Positions 1 to 9,859 of a stretch of 44,601 nt of DNA are shown piece after piece. The notes beneath the pieces are model-generated. The model saw only the letters and a program-made list of their open reading frames with translations, was not told the DNA's origin and ran no database searches. The position numbers and the translations under genes are program-made. How positions within the stretch are numbered: the first letter of the stretch is position 1; each line of letters begins with the position of its first letter. Source of the DNA: Christensenellaceae bacterium (lineage in GTDB: Bacteria; Bacillota; Clostridia; Christensenellales; Borkfalkiaceae); NCBI GenBank assembly GCA_045535775.1, contig JAZSMG010000253.1, positions 1-44,601 of the forward strand. The letters run 5' to 3'.

Positions 1-1
1 T

Positions 2-55
2 ACCGCAGACGGTAAGGTTGTTCCGTTATTTAGAAAGGGTAATTGGGCCTTCTAA
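2..55 (+). CDS. 3' end of an upstream CDS (partial, ...TADGKVVPLFRKGNWAF*)
   Basis: Frame 2 is open from the window edge to TAA at 53-55. There is no other support. Confidence 0.2.
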   Translation, partial: TADGKVVPLFRKGNWAF

Positions 56-88
56 AATAATCCCTATATACTACGCAATAGTTCGTTC

Positions 89-148
89 TTTTAGTTTTGC
101 TCACATTCCTGCGACCAACAAGGTCGCTCCCTGCGCTCAAAACTAAAA
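89..148. other. 60 nt nested hairpin of unknown role
   Basis: The outer arms TTTTAGTTTTG (89-99) and CAAAACTAAAA (138-148) are perfectly complementary over 11 bp. An inner hairpin is GCGACC (111-116) / GGTCGC (122-127). No T-run follows on either strand. Confidence 0.4.
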
Positions 149-323
149 CGCCTGCTCTTGCTTGTATCTAGTGCTTATTTAATGTGATATAAGCTTTTAC
201 GCGTATTAGGCGAAGCCTTATTCTATAATTAGCGCACCCTAAATTCACACGAGCGCGAATATCTTTTTTGCGCTTTTAACAACGTAAATTATTTCAAGTA
301 AAATTAACTACTAAAGAGGTCTT

Positions 324-1406
324 ATGAATAACGATAACGTTGATATCGACAATTTAGAGCAGGAAGAAAAGGATTCCGTCTTTATTAAATGTGACGGGTG
401 TGGCTCTAATATGACCTTTGATCCGTTAAGTCAAATGCTTAAGTGCGATTATTGCGGTAATCAGCAGGACTTTAAAAAGGATGCGGAGGTTAAAGAGCTT
501 GAAATAGAGCAAGCCTTCTTACAAGATGCTTCTTGGCGAGATGAAACTACTGCATACAGATGTGAAAACTGTGGCGCAAAGTTCGTTATTGGAGTGGGGG
601 AATCTGCGGTAAGTTGCCCGTATTGTTCAACCTCGCATATTGTTAAAACGGAAGATCTTGCCGGTATTAAGCCAAGCGCCGTTTATCCCTTTTTAATAGA
701 TAAGGCGGGCGCTGCATCAGCATCTAAAAAATGGGCAAAAAAGCGACTCTTTGCACCCTCTTCATTTAAAAAGAACTTAAAAGAGGATAACGTTCAGGGT
801 ATATATCTTCCATCGTTTACCTTTGATAGTCAAACCTATTCAGTTTATGAAGGTAGGCTTGGTAAACGCAAAACGCGTACAGTAAGAAGAAATGGCAAAA
901 CCTATACGGAGACGTATATCTCTTGGCGAAGAGTTAGCGGTACGTTTGAGTTGTTCTTTGATGATATTTTAATTACCGCAGGCGATACCTCGCAAGCAGA
1001 ATTAAACAAAATAGACGATTATAAAAAAGATACTATTTGCGTATATGAAAAGAAGTTCTTGGCAGGCTTTTCCGCAGGACATTACACCCGTGAAATAAAG
1101 GCTTGTTGGGGTGATGCTAAAAAGATAATGGATGCAAGGTTACGCCAAGCAATCTTGAACCATTATAACTGTGACGTTGTGGATTATTTAAACGTTTCCA
1201 CAGAGCATCGGTCTGTAACCTATAAATACCTGCTTCTTCCCGTATATAGATTAAATTACAAATTCAAGAAGAAGGAATATCCCGTTTTGGTAAACGGTAA
1301 CAGTGCAAAGGTAACGGGTAAAGCGCCCGTGTCACCGCTAAGGGTTGCAATTACAGTGCTGTTGGGCTTGGCGCTTATAATTGCTATTATTTATGGCAAC
1401 AGTTAA
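324..1406 (+). CDS. double zinc-ribbon protein with C-terminal transmembrane anchor (uncharacterised)
   Basis: Two CxxC...CxxC pairs are present (CDGCG..CDYCG and CENCG..CPYCS). The C-terminus is hydrophobic (VAITVLLGLALIIAIIYG). An AGAGG RBS sits upstream of the ATG. Confidence 0.7.
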   Translation: MNNDNVDIDNLEQEEKDSVFIKCDGCGSNMTFDPLSQMLKCDYCGNQQDFKKDAEVKELEIEQAFLQDASWRDETTAYRCENCGAKFVIGVGESAVSCPYCSTSHIVKTEDLAGIKPSAVYPFLIDKAGAASASKKWAKKRLFAPSSFKKNLKEDNVQGIYLPSFTFDSQTYSVYEGRLGKRKTRTVRRNGKTYTETYISWRRVSGTFELFFDDILITAGDTSQAELNKIDDYKKDTICVYEKKFLAGFSAGHYTREIKACWGDAKKIMDARLRQAILNHYNCDVVDYLNVSTEHRSVTYKYLLLPVYRLNYKFKKKEYPVLVNGNSAKVTGKAPVSPLRVAITVLLGLALIIAIIYGNS

Positions 1407-1437
1407 ATAAATGGCTTTATTTTGCGCTAAAGTATGC

Positions 1438-1453
1438 GTTAATCGCCTTATAG
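1438..1453 (+). repeat. intergenic motif copy GTTAATCGCCTTATAG
   Basis: Read directly from the sequence, between the zinc-ribbon gene and the cyclophilin-like gene. Confidence 0.8.
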
Positions 1454-1500
1454 CGCCACTAAATAAGAAAAAAAATATTAACTTCCTTAGGAGGAATACA

Positions 1501-2394
1501 ATGAAAAAACTTTTCACAAAAATCATTGCTATAGCTTTAGCATTAACAGTTCTTTTCTCTTTTACCGCTTGTGGTGAAGAAGTAGAAGGTGGCAGTAAGA
1601 TTCAAAGAATAAAAATCACACTTCAACTTGATGATGAAAACGTAGAAGTAGAAGCAAAGCTATTCGTTAACTATGCCCCCAAGACCGTTGAACACGTAAT
1701 TGGTCTTATCGAAAAAGGCTACTACAACGGTATGGATATTTCTAACATTGCATCAAGCTATTTCCAATTTGGTGACTACAAGATTGCTAACGGCAAGCTA
1801 GAAGCAGTAGATCAAGGAAGCACCGTTAAGGGTGAATTTGAAAATGCTGGCTTAACCGGTAATAAGCTTACAGTAAGCTCTGGCGCTATTTTATTAAAGC
1901 GCGATAAGGATGATATCAATAGCGGTAAGGCAACCTTAGCAGTAGTTTTATCTGCAAGCGCACCCTTTACTGCAGCTAATTACTGTGTATTTGGTAAAAT
2001 CATTAATGATGACGGCAATAAGGAAGCTGATGCTTCTTCTATGGAATACTTAAGCAGTTTAGAAAGAGTTCAAAAGGTTAAAGAATGCCTTGCAGATGCT
2101 AACGGCAGAAAGGTTTTCTACTGCTTAAAGGATGAGGTTGACAGTGACGTTGAAGGCTCTAAGGATTGGACCGGTTCTTACATCACTTACGCTGAATATG
2201 ATGGTGAAATGGCATATTTTGAAGGCGTGTTAACTGCAGAAGACTTACAAGATAAAGAATTTGCAGAATCAAAGATGATTACAGAAGATCAATTAAACGA
2301 TCTTAGCAACAAGATTACCGTTAGCGAAAACTTTATGCACGTTCCCACCGTTACCGTTAAGATTGTTAAAATCGAATTAATCGATAAGAAATAA
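1501..2394 (+). CDS. lipoprotein with divergent cyclophilin-like (PPIase-fold) domain
   Basis: A GGAGGA RBS precedes the ATG at 1501, and the signal peptide ends in a lipobox (FTAC). The stretch LFVNYAPKTVEHVIGLIEKGYYNG...VFGKI follows the cyclophilin pattern. The FHRV and QGG active-site stretches appear to be replaced. The ORF-track start at 1411 is rejected. Confidence 0.65.
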   Translation: MKKLFTKIIAIALALTVLFSFTACGEEVEGGSKIQRIKITLQLDDENVEVEAKLFVNYAPKTVEHVIGLIEKGYYNGMDISNIASSYFQFGDYKIANGKLEAVDQGSTVKGEFENAGLTGNKLTVSSGAILLKRDKDDINSGKATLAVVLSASAPFTAANYCVFGKIINDDGNKEADASSMEYLSSLERVQKVKECLADANGRKVFYCLKDEVDSDVEGSKDWTGSYITYAEYDGEMAYFEGVLTAEDLQDKEFAESKMITEDQLNDLSNKITVSENFMHVPTVTVKIVKIELIDKK

Positions 2395-2427
2395 TTAAAT
2401 TTTTATCAAAGCTAAAATAAAAAAGTT

Positions 2428-2459
2428 ACCCTTGCCGTTTTTTGGCAAGGGTGTTTTTT
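2428..2459 (+). terminator. rho-independent terminator
   Basis: Stem ACCCTTGCC / GGCAAGGGT followed by a T-run. Confidence 0.8.
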
Positions 2460-2471
2460 AAGGAGTAAGAT

Positions 2472-3350
2472 ATGCAAAAGCTTGTTTCGGTTGTTGGTAC
2501 AACTGCCTCAGGTAAAAGCGATTTAGGCATTGTTTTAGCAAATGAATTTAACGGCGAAATAGTTTCCTGTGATTCCCGCCAGGTTTTTAAGGGCTTAGAT
2601 TTAGGTACCGGTAAGGTTACTAAAGAAGAGCAGGAAATGGCTGTTCATCATTTAATAGATATAATAAACCCAAATGATTATTTTAGCGTTTCAGAATATC
2701 AAAAATTGGCCTATAACGCGATTAACGATATATTATCACGTGGCAAAAGGGCGTTTTTGGTTGGCGGAACGGGGCTTTATTCGCGCGCTGTTTGTGAAGG
2801 GTTCAATATGGGTGAGGAAGAGGTTGATGAGCAGCTTCGCGCCCGTATAAACACACTTTCTAAAGAGCAAATAGAACAAGAGCTTACCGCTTTGGGGCAA
2901 GAAATACCGGAAGGAATATCACCGCGCCATTTGGCAAGAAGGTTAGAAAAAGCCATAAAGGGTGTATCTCATAAGGAAAGTGAGCCTCTTTATGACGTTA
3001 TGCAGTTGGTATTAGTTTACCCAAGAGAAGAGCTTTATAAAAGAATAGAAGAGCGCTTAGATAGGCGCTTGCAAATGGGTATGGTAGAAGAGGTTAGGCG
3101 CTTAAAAGATGAAGGCGCTACCGAGCAGTTTTTAGAAGGGCTTGGGCTTGAATACCGTTACACTAACAGATACTTAAACGGTTTATATTCTTATGAGGAT
3201 TACCGCGCAGAGCTACTAAAGGAAATTCGCCACTTTGCAAAACGCCAAATCACTTGGTTTAAAAAGGAAAAGAACGCCGTGTGGTTAGATATGGCGGGCG
3301 ATTTTACCGCTGAAGCAATTAAGCTTTGCAAGGATTTTTACTCAAAATAA
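2472..3350 (+). CDS. miaA: tRNA dimethylallyltransferase
   Basis: A P-loop GTTASGKS is followed by the typical IVSCDSRQVFKGLDLGTGK motif. An AAGGAG RBS is present and the length of about 290 aa fits. Confidence 0.85.
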   Translation: MQKLVSVVGTTASGKSDLGIVLANEFNGEIVSCDSRQVFKGLDLGTGKVTKEEQEMAVHHLIDIINPNDYFSVSEYQKLAYNAINDILSRGKRAFLVGGTGLYSRAVCEGFNMGEEEVDEQLRARINTLSKEQIEQELTALGQEIPEGISPRHLARRLEKAIKGVSHKESEPLYDVMQLVLVYPREELYKRIEERLDRRLQMGMVEEVRRLKDEGATEQFLEGLGLEYRYTNRYLNGLYSYEDYRAELLKEIRHFAKRQITWFKKEKNAVWLDMAGDFTAEAIKLCKDFYSK

Positions 3351-3362
3351 AAGGGGCAAAAT

Positions 3363-4559
3363 ATGAAAAGGTCTTTTATTTTTATAGCCATAGCATTGGT
3401 TTTAGTTGGGCTTATTTACTTAGGAATTTTTGCTTTGGAAGAAGAAAGCCCAAGCAGTGGCAACGATTCGCATTCGGGTGGTAATCAAAACCAGTCCTCT
3501 TATGAGCAAACCTTTACCCACATTCATTCTTGGCAAGAAGCAACCTGTGTTTTGGCTAAGCACTGCAAAAATTGTGCCGTGGAAGAGGGCGAGCCTTTGG
3601 GGCATGATTACCTTAACGGTGCTTGCAGTAGATGCGGTGAACTTCTATATTTAAGAGAGGGTAATTTTATATACTTTGGTAGTTATCCCCAGTCTGCTGT
3701 AACTGATGAAGGCGTGTTGGCAAGGCTAAACGCCATAGTTGGCGAGTTACCAACGGCACAAAACTTCGGCGAATGGATTGGCTACGGTTACTATATTCTA
3801 AGCCAAAAGCAGAGTTTTGCTTGGTATAATGACGTAGAGCTAGAAGGTGAAAAATACAGAGCGGTTTACTATGCAAAATACCGCCCCTTCTCAACCGATA
3901 GGTCAAGTATAGATACGCAATGCTTCCAAGATGAAAACGGATATGCGGTAAACAGTATTTATTGGTTTAAGTTTGAGCCCATAAAATGGCGAGTTTTAAG
4001 GGAATTGGAGGGTGAACTGTTCTTGCTTTCTAATTTAATATTAGATTCACGCGAGTTTTATACGCACGATAGCCAAAGACGAATTGATGAAAACTCAAGT
4101 TATATATATCCCAATAACTACGCGCATAGTACTTTAAGAAGTTGGCTTAACGGTGAGTTTTATAATCTTGCATTTGGTCAAGATCACAGCGCGCTTATTT
4201 CAACCGCCTTTGTGCTAAACGAGCAAGGCAGTACAGGCACGGAAAGCAACCCCTACGTTTGTGAAAATACCAACGATAAGGTGTTTTTATTAAGCTATTC
4301 AGATTCAATGAACACCAAGCACGGCTTTTATAGCGATAAGGACCGCCAGTTAGGTATAACCGATTACGCACTTTCTCAAGGCGGTGCAGCAAGAGAAGTA
4401 GAAGGTGAAATATTTGGTTATTGGTGGCTTCGTTCCCCATTTTATAACACAGAAAAAATAACCCTATCAATCAACGCAAACGGTGAAATAGAAAACTCCG
4501 GTAGCGTTAACAGCACGGGGTGCGGTGTTGCGCCGGCAATTAAAATAAAGCTTAGTTAA
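3363..4559 (+). CDS. membrane-anchored surface protein, Cys-rich module plus DUF6273-like domain
   Basis: It has an N-terminal TM helix and a Cys module (HSWQEATC..C..C...LGHDY..C..CG). The LRSWLN and YWWLRSP motifs are ones I associate with DUF6273-type domains. Confidence 0.6.
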   Translation: MKRSFIFIAIALVLVGLIYLGIFALEEESPSSGNDSHSGGNQNQSSYEQTFTHIHSWQEATCVLAKHCKNCAVEEGEPLGHDYLNGACSRCGELLYLREGNFIYFGSYPQSAVTDEGVLARLNAIVGELPTAQNFGEWIGYGYYILSQKQSFAWYNDVELEGEKYRAVYYAKYRPFSTDRSSIDTQCFQDENGYAVNSIYWFKFEPIKWRVLRELEGELFLLSNLILDSREFYTHDSQRRIDENSSYIYPNNYAHSTLRSWLNGEFYNLAFGQDHSALISTAFVLNEQGSTGTESNPYVCENTNDKVFLLSYSDSMNTKHGFYSDKDRQLGITDYALSQGGAAREVEGEIFGYWWLRSPFYNTEKITLSINANGEIENSGSVNSTGCGVAPAIKIKLS

Positions 4560-4686
4560 TGACTAAAAAGGTTTAAGTTATTGCAAAACGCGGGCTTAAT
4601 TTTAACGGTTTACAAGTAAACAAAAAAACAATTTATCTTGTGGGGTTTTTTAAATAAATTCCAATCAAATAAAACAAAAAAGTGCC

Positions 4687-4702
4687 GTATAAGGCGATTA
4701 AC
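4687..4702 (-). repeat. intergenic motif copy (minus strand reads GTTAATCGCCTTATAC)
   Basis: The plus strand reads GTATAAGGCGATTAAC. It ends 8 nt upstream of the GGAGG RBS of the LRR gene. Confidence 0.8.
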
Positions 4703-4721
4703 AACACTTTGGAGGTGTGTT

Positions 4722-7700
4722 ATGAAAAAAATATTGACGTTATTACTGGTTATAATTACACTTTTTTCAGCCTTCATTTTTGCTTCTTGTGAAGATGATT
4801 CTACCAGTGGTTTACCTTTACCTAGCGATACAACGGTAGAAGAACTTTTTAAAAACGTTAACATGAAAGAGGTTTACTCTATTTACGTTGACTATGCAGA
4901 AGAAATGGATGAAGAGGTTTTATCCTTTGAAGAGTGGTTTACACTTGTTAAAGGCGAAGAATTTGAAAAGGGTATAATTCCCGAAATTCAAAAGAATTTA
5001 AGTAGCGATTTTTGGGAAATATCATATAACAACGGCAAGGGCTGGAACTCTTTACGTTTTAAAACTGAAACGGAAGAACAAAAAAACTGTAAGCACGCCT
5101 TTAAAAAATGGATTACCTTATTGGATCACAACGAATTTTTTAACGGTATTCGTTACAGAGAGTGTAAGCGCTGTAATTATAAAGAGTATGACTTTAAGTT
5201 AAAGCATAAATTTGAAATAGAGGAAATTCCTTCTACTTGCATTGAGCATGGTTATATAAAATATATCTGTAATGAAAAGGGTTGTGATTATAGTTATACG
5301 GAAGAGCTTCCCTTAGCAGAGCATACCTTTGAAGGCGGTGTTTGCAGTGTTTGCGGTGAAGGAAGCGGTGAAGGAGGCGGTGAAGAATTAGGGCATACGC
5401 CTTATGAATACTTTATATTCACACTTTTAGATGATGAAACCTATTCCATTGCAGCAAACGAGCCTTTTAATTTACCGGATGAGTTGGTTTTACCCTCAAC
5501 TTATATGGGTAAGCCCGTTACCGTTATTGAGAGTGAAGGCTTTGCTCAATCATTTATTAAAAAAGTAATTGTATCCGATAGCGTAATAAGAATTAAAGAA
5601 AGAGCTTTTTACAACTGTTTAGAACTTAGTACGATTGATATTCCCGATAATGTTTTAACAGTTGAAGCTGAATCATTTGGATTGTGTGAAAATTTATCTT
5701 CAATTTCAATTGGTGATGGCGTAATACATATTGGTGTTGATGCCTTTTTGGGTTGCGACTCACTTATTACCACTGAAGAAAATAACATAAAGTATTTAAG
5801 TTTAGAAGAAAATCCATATTTTTATGCCTTAAGCGTGGTAAAAACGGATATTGGAACCGTTCAGATCAATGAAAATTGCAAATTCTTAGGAAATGGTATA
5901 TTTGCAGGTTGTGATAATATAGTTTCAGTGGAAATTCCTGATTCAGTTATTTCTTTAGGCTCTGCTTCATTTTCTGTTTGTAGCAGTCTTGAAAGTGTTA
6001 AATTCGGTGAAAACACTCAGCTTAAATCAATTGATAGATATGCATTTGTGGGATGTAAAAAGCTAAGTGATATTGTTCTTCCTAATAGTGTTATTTATAT
6101 CGGTGCAACGGCATTTGAAGATTGTGATTCGTTAAATTCTTTTAAGTTACCGGATTCGCTTTTAATGATTTGCGAAAGAGCGTTTTGGGATTGTGATTCA
6201 CTCACTGAAGTGGTTATTAGCAAGGATAGTCAAATGAAACGTTTTGGAACTCAAGCATTTGCTCTTTGCTCTTCGCTTGAAAGTATAATCATTCCATTGG
6301 GTGTAGAAGTAATTGAGCCCAATGTGTTCGAATATTGCGACTCGCTAACCATTTTCTGTGAAGCAAAAAGTCAGCCGGAAAGATGGAATAAACAATGGAA
6401 TATAAGCAATCGCCCTGTTTATTGGTACAGTGAAACAGAACCCACCCAAGAGGGTAATTTCTGGCATTATGTAGACGGCGTGCCTACCATTTGGAATAAC
6501 AGTATTGAAGATAACGTAGAAACTTCTAGCGAATATTTCACTTTTACTTTACTAGAAGATGATACTTATTCAATTTCTGCAAAAGACGCTAGCAATATGC
6601 CTGCCAAAGTAGTTATTCCCTCTACCTATGAAGGTAAGGCAGTTACGGTTATTGCAGATGATGCGTTTAGAGATAGTGATTCAATAGTCGGCATTAAAAT
6701 ACCAGAGTCTATTACCTCTATTGGTGATTACGCCTTTTACGGTTGTAAATTATTGCGAAGCATTAAAGTTCCCAATTTAGTCACCACCGTTGGATCTTAT
6801 GCGTTTGCAAGATGTTCATTGTTAACAGAGATTCGTTTTGGCGCTTCAGTTGCGTACATTGGCTATGATCATTTTGAATATTGTGACTTGCTTGAAAGCA
6901 TAGAAGTAGATGAAAACAATCAAAATTATAAATCAATAGATGGGAACGTATACAGTAAAGATGGAAAAACTATAGTTCAGTATGCACGGGGAAAGATTCA
7001 AACGTCGTTTGAAATTCCAGAAGGAGTTGTAACCATCGGTGGTTCTGCGTTTGAAAGATGTAAGTTATTAAAAGAAATAGTAATTCCAAACACTGTTAAA
7101 ACTATTACTTGGAAAGCCTTTCAAGATTGCATTTCTTTAGAAAAAATAGATCTTCCAAATTCTATTGAAATTATTGAATGGAGAGCTTTTTATAATTGTG
7201 ATTCGTTAACAGAAATAGAAATTCCTAATTCTACGTGGCGGCTTGGTGAATATACTTTTTATGGTTGTGATTCATTACTTCGTGTAATGATTCCTGCGTC
7301 CTTAGCGTATATTCAAGATAAGGTGTTTAATCAATGTATATCACTTGTTAGTATAGAAGTAGATGAAAACAATCAAAATTACAAATCAATTGACGGTAAT
7401 TTATATACTAACGACGGTCAAGTGTTAATACAATATGCAATTGGAAAAAAACAAACCTCATTTACCATTCCCAATACGGTTACTCAAATAAAATATAGTG
7501 CATTTGAAAACTGTGATTCATTAAAAGAGATTATAATTCCCGATAGCGTAACTACCATTGGTCAATATGCGTTTAGTGGCTGTGATTCACTAATTAGTAT
7601 TATAATTCCAAAATCTGTTATTTCGATGGGAATGCACATTGTTGATAACTTTGTTGCACCGGTTGTTTATTGTGAAGCAGAAAATCAGCCCACTGGCTGG

Positions 7701-8852
7701 AATAGCAGTTGGAATGATAATTGCAGTGTTGTTTGGGATTGCAACAATAATGACGTTGCAGATGACGGTTGCATTTACCCGATTATTGATGGTGTTCGTT
7801 ATCTTATAAAAGAAGATCACGCTTCTGTTGTGAAACAATCAAAAACCATAGAAAAAGCACATATCAAATCAAGTATAGCGTATAACGGCAACGCGTATCC
7901 TGTTACAACTATTGATGACTGGGCATTTTATTCTTGTACTTTGCTTAATGAGGTAGAGATTCCTCATTCTGTAACTTCTATTGGCATAGCGGCATTTTAT
8001 AATTGTAGAATGCTAACAGAAATTATTATACCTATATCGGTCACAAATATAGCTGCAACAGCTTTTTCCGATTATGGTTTTACCATATATTGTGAAGCGG
8101 AAACTCAACCCATTGGATGGCAAGACGGTTGGAATTCTTCTAGTGATACTGTTTGGGATTGTAATAATAATAACAGTTCGGAATATGGTTGCGTTTGCGC
8201 GGTTATAGGTGGAATTAGATATGGATTATCAGGTGGCAATGCAAGGTTAATTCGTCAGCCAATAGGCACAGAGAACGTAGTTATACCATCAAGCATTACC
8301 TATGAGGGTAGTGAGTACCCGGTTGTTTCTATTGACAACTATGCGTTTTATAATAATGATAAATTAAAAAGTGTTAAAATCCCAAGTTCAATTACTTTTA
8401 TTGGCGAAAACGCTTTTTCGCAGTGTGGGTTACTTGCAAATATTGAAGTTGATGAAAACAATCAGCATTATAAAACAATTGACGGCAATTTATATAGTAA
8501 AGATGAAACTGTTTTAATTCAATATGCCATAGGTAAAAAAGAGTCAATATTTACTATTCCTCAAGGCGTTGTAGTTGTTGATTTACGGGCATTTTGCGAA
8601 GCTGTTTCATTAATAGAAATAATAATTCCAAATTCAGTTACAACTATAAGGAATAATGCAATTACCGGTTGCATTCTGTTACGTAAAATTATTATTCCTA
8701 AATCCGTTGAAAATATTGACGCATATGCGATTGGTGATTGTGATTTGCTTGCTATTTATTGCGAGGCATCAAGTAAGTTAACTGGTTGGAATAGCGATTG
8801 GAATTATGAAAACCGCCCCGTTGAGTGGGGATATAAATCTGAAAGCAGATAA
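4722..8852 (+). CDS. giant BspA-like leucine-rich-repeat (LRR_5 type) surface lipoprotein
   Basis: A GGAGG RBS precedes the ATG at 4722, and the signal peptide ends FASC. Many I/V-x-IP-x-SV-x-x-IG-x-x-AF-x-x-C units are present, with recurring IEVDENNQNYKSIDGNLY blocks. The N-terminal region is Cys-rich. Confidence 0.85.
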   Translation: MKKILTLLLVIITLFSAFIFASCEDDSTSGLPLPSDTTVEELFKNVNMKEVYSIYVDYAEEMDEEVLSFEEWFTLVKGEEFEKGIIPEIQKNLSSDFWEISYNNGKGWNSLRFKTETEEQKNCKHAFKKWITLLDHNEFFNGIRYRECKRCNYKEYDFKLKHKFEIEEIPSTCIEHGYIKYICNEKGCDYSYTEELPLAEHTFEGGVCSVCGEGSGEGGGEELGHTPYEYFIFTLLDDETYSIAANEPFNLPDELVLPSTYMGKPVTVIESEGFAQSFIKKVIVSDSVIRIKERAFYNCLELSTIDIPDNVLTVEAESFGLCENLSSISIGDGVIHIGVDAFLGCDSLITTEENNIKYLSLEENPYFYALSVVKTDIGTVQINENCKFLGNGIFAGCDNIVSVEIPDSVISLGSASFSVCSSLESVKFGENTQLKSIDRYAFVGCKKLSDIVLPNSVIYIGATAFEDCDSLNSFKLPDSLLMICERAFWDCDSLTEVVISKDSQMKRFGTQAFALCSSLESIIIPLGVEVIEPNVFEYCDSLTIFCEAKSQPERWNKQWNISNRPVYWYSETEPTQEGNFWHYVDGVPTIWNNSIEDNVETSSEYFTFTLLEDDTYSISAKDASNMPAKVVIPSTYEGKAVTVIADDAFRDSDSIVGIKIPESITSIGDYAFYGCKLLRSIKVPNLVTTVGSYAFARCSLLTEIRFGASVAYIGYDHFEYCDLLESIEVDENNQNYKSIDGNVYSKDGKTIVQYARGKIQTSFEIPEGVVTIGGSAFERCKLLKEIVIPNTVKTITWKAFQDCISLEKIDLPNSIEIIEWRAFYNCDSLTEIEIPNSTWRLGEYTFYGCDSLLRVMIPASLAYIQDKVFNQCISLVSIEVDENNQNYKSIDGNLYTNDGQVLIQYAIGKKQTSFTIPNTVTQIKYSAFENCDSLKEIIIPDSVTTIGQYAFSGCDSLISIIIPKSVISMGMHIVDNFVAPVVYCEAENQPTGWNSSWNDNCSVVWDCNNNDVADDGCIYPIIDGVRYLIKEDHASVVKQSKTIEKAHIKSSIAYNGNAYPVTTIDDWAFYSCTLLNEVEIPHSVTSIGIAAFYNCRMLTEIIIPISVTNIAATAFSDYGFTIYCEAETQPIGWQDGWNSSSDTVWDCNNNNSSEYGCVCAVIGGIRYGLSGGNARLIRQPIGTENVVIPSSITYEGSEYPVVSIDNYAFYNNDKLKSVKIPSSITFIGENAFSQCGLLANIEVDENNQHYKTIDGNLYSKDETVLIQYAIGKKESIFTIPQGVVVVDLRAFCEAVSLIEIIIPNSVTTIRNNAITGCILLRKIIIPKSVENIDAYAIGDCDLLAIYCEASSKLTGWNSDWNYENRPVEWGYKSESR

Positions 8853-8877
8853 AAAAAGAACCTTTTAATTTTATAGT

Positions 8878-8922
8878 AAAAAAAAGCTATAGTACGTTAA
8901 TAGTGCTATAGCTTTACTTTTT
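8878..8922. terminator. bidirectional terminator containing motif copy GTTAATAGTGCTATAG (8896-8911)
   Basis: An A8 run is followed by stem AAAGCTATAGTAC / GTGCTATAGCTTT and then ACTTTTT. It lies between the convergent LRR and patatin genes. Confidence 0.75.
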
Positions 8923-8980
8923 ATGGTTAAAATGTAAAAAACCACCGCTTTTAGTGATTGTTTAGATTGTTTTGATATTA

Positions 8981-9784
8981 TTAACTGTTTAGTTTTTTCT
9001 TTAAATCATCAATAATATTAAGGGCGCTTTCGTACCCCATTTCGTATGCGCGTTGCATCTGAACTGAATCTATTTTATATTGACTCATATCGCCAAGCTC
9101 TGGCACGCAAAGCATATCGGGTGGGTTTTGTTTTAGGGCGTAATCGTTAACGGTGCTATCGTATATATCTATAATTCTAAGGGTATAACCAAGTATGCTC
9201 TTGATTTCTTCCATTTCACGAACGGGGCCTAAAACGTCAACGCCAACAACAACGTCTGCACCTAAATTTCTTACCTCTTCAACGGGAACTCTGCAAAGGG
9301 GTCCGCCGTCTGCCACAAGCATATTTTCATAGGCAACGGGCGCAAAAACCATTGGGATTGATGAACTTGCCTGAACGGCAATAGCCACCTCGCCTTGGTC
9401 AAAAACCACCTTTTCACCGCTTATAATATCTAGTCCAACGCAGGCAAAAGGAATTCTTAAATCCTCTATTTGGGTATCGTGTAAATATCTGCGAAGAAGG
9501 GCAGCCATCTTTTTACTCTTTAATAAGGTGCCGTTCTTTATGGCAACGGGGGAAAGATCTAAAAGGTCCCTTTTGCGTAGCGATAGCGCAACCTTAATCA
9601 TATATGAAGGGGAAAAGCCCATTGCGTAAAAGCTACCGATAACAGAGCCCATAGAAGTGCCTGCAATATAGTCCGGTTTAATACCGTTATCTTCAAGTGC
9701 CTTTAAAAAGCCTATGTGCGCAATCCCGCGTGAACCGCCTGCACCAAGCGCTAAACCTAACTTTTTCATAAAATCCTCCTGCAT
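8981..9784 (-). CDS. patatin-like phospholipase
   Basis: Contains GAGGSRG (GxGxxG), GTSMG (GxSxG) and ADGG motifs. Confidence 0.85.
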   Translation of the reverse strand: MQEDFMKKLGLALGAGGSRGIAHIGFLKALEDNGIKPDYIAGTSMGSVIGSFYAMGFSPSYMIKVALSLRKRDLLDLSPVAIKNGTLLKSKKMAALLRRYLHDTQIEDLRIPFACVGLDIISGEKVVFDQGEVAIAVQASSSIPMVFAPVAYENMLVADGGPLCRVPVEEVRNLGADVVVGVDVLGPVREMEEIKSILGYTLRIIDIYDSTVNDYALKQNPPDMLCVPELGDMSQYKIDSVQMQRAYEMGYESALNIIDDLKKKLNS

Positions 9785-9859
9785 TAAATTAGATTAAGTA
9801 AATAAAAATAGCAACGGAAAAGCAAGCCCCCTCCATTGCTATTTATCTTCTGTAAAAAA

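Noticed and set aside
4638-4721. The ORF-track start of the LRR protein at 4638, and similarly 1411 for the cyclophilin-like gene, 17607 for the flavodiiron protein, 30969 for mgtE, 42070 for ygiQ and 20077 for gyrB.
   Set aside because: In each case a downstream ATG is preceded by a GGAGG-type RBS. It also begins a signal peptide or a conserved N-terminus.
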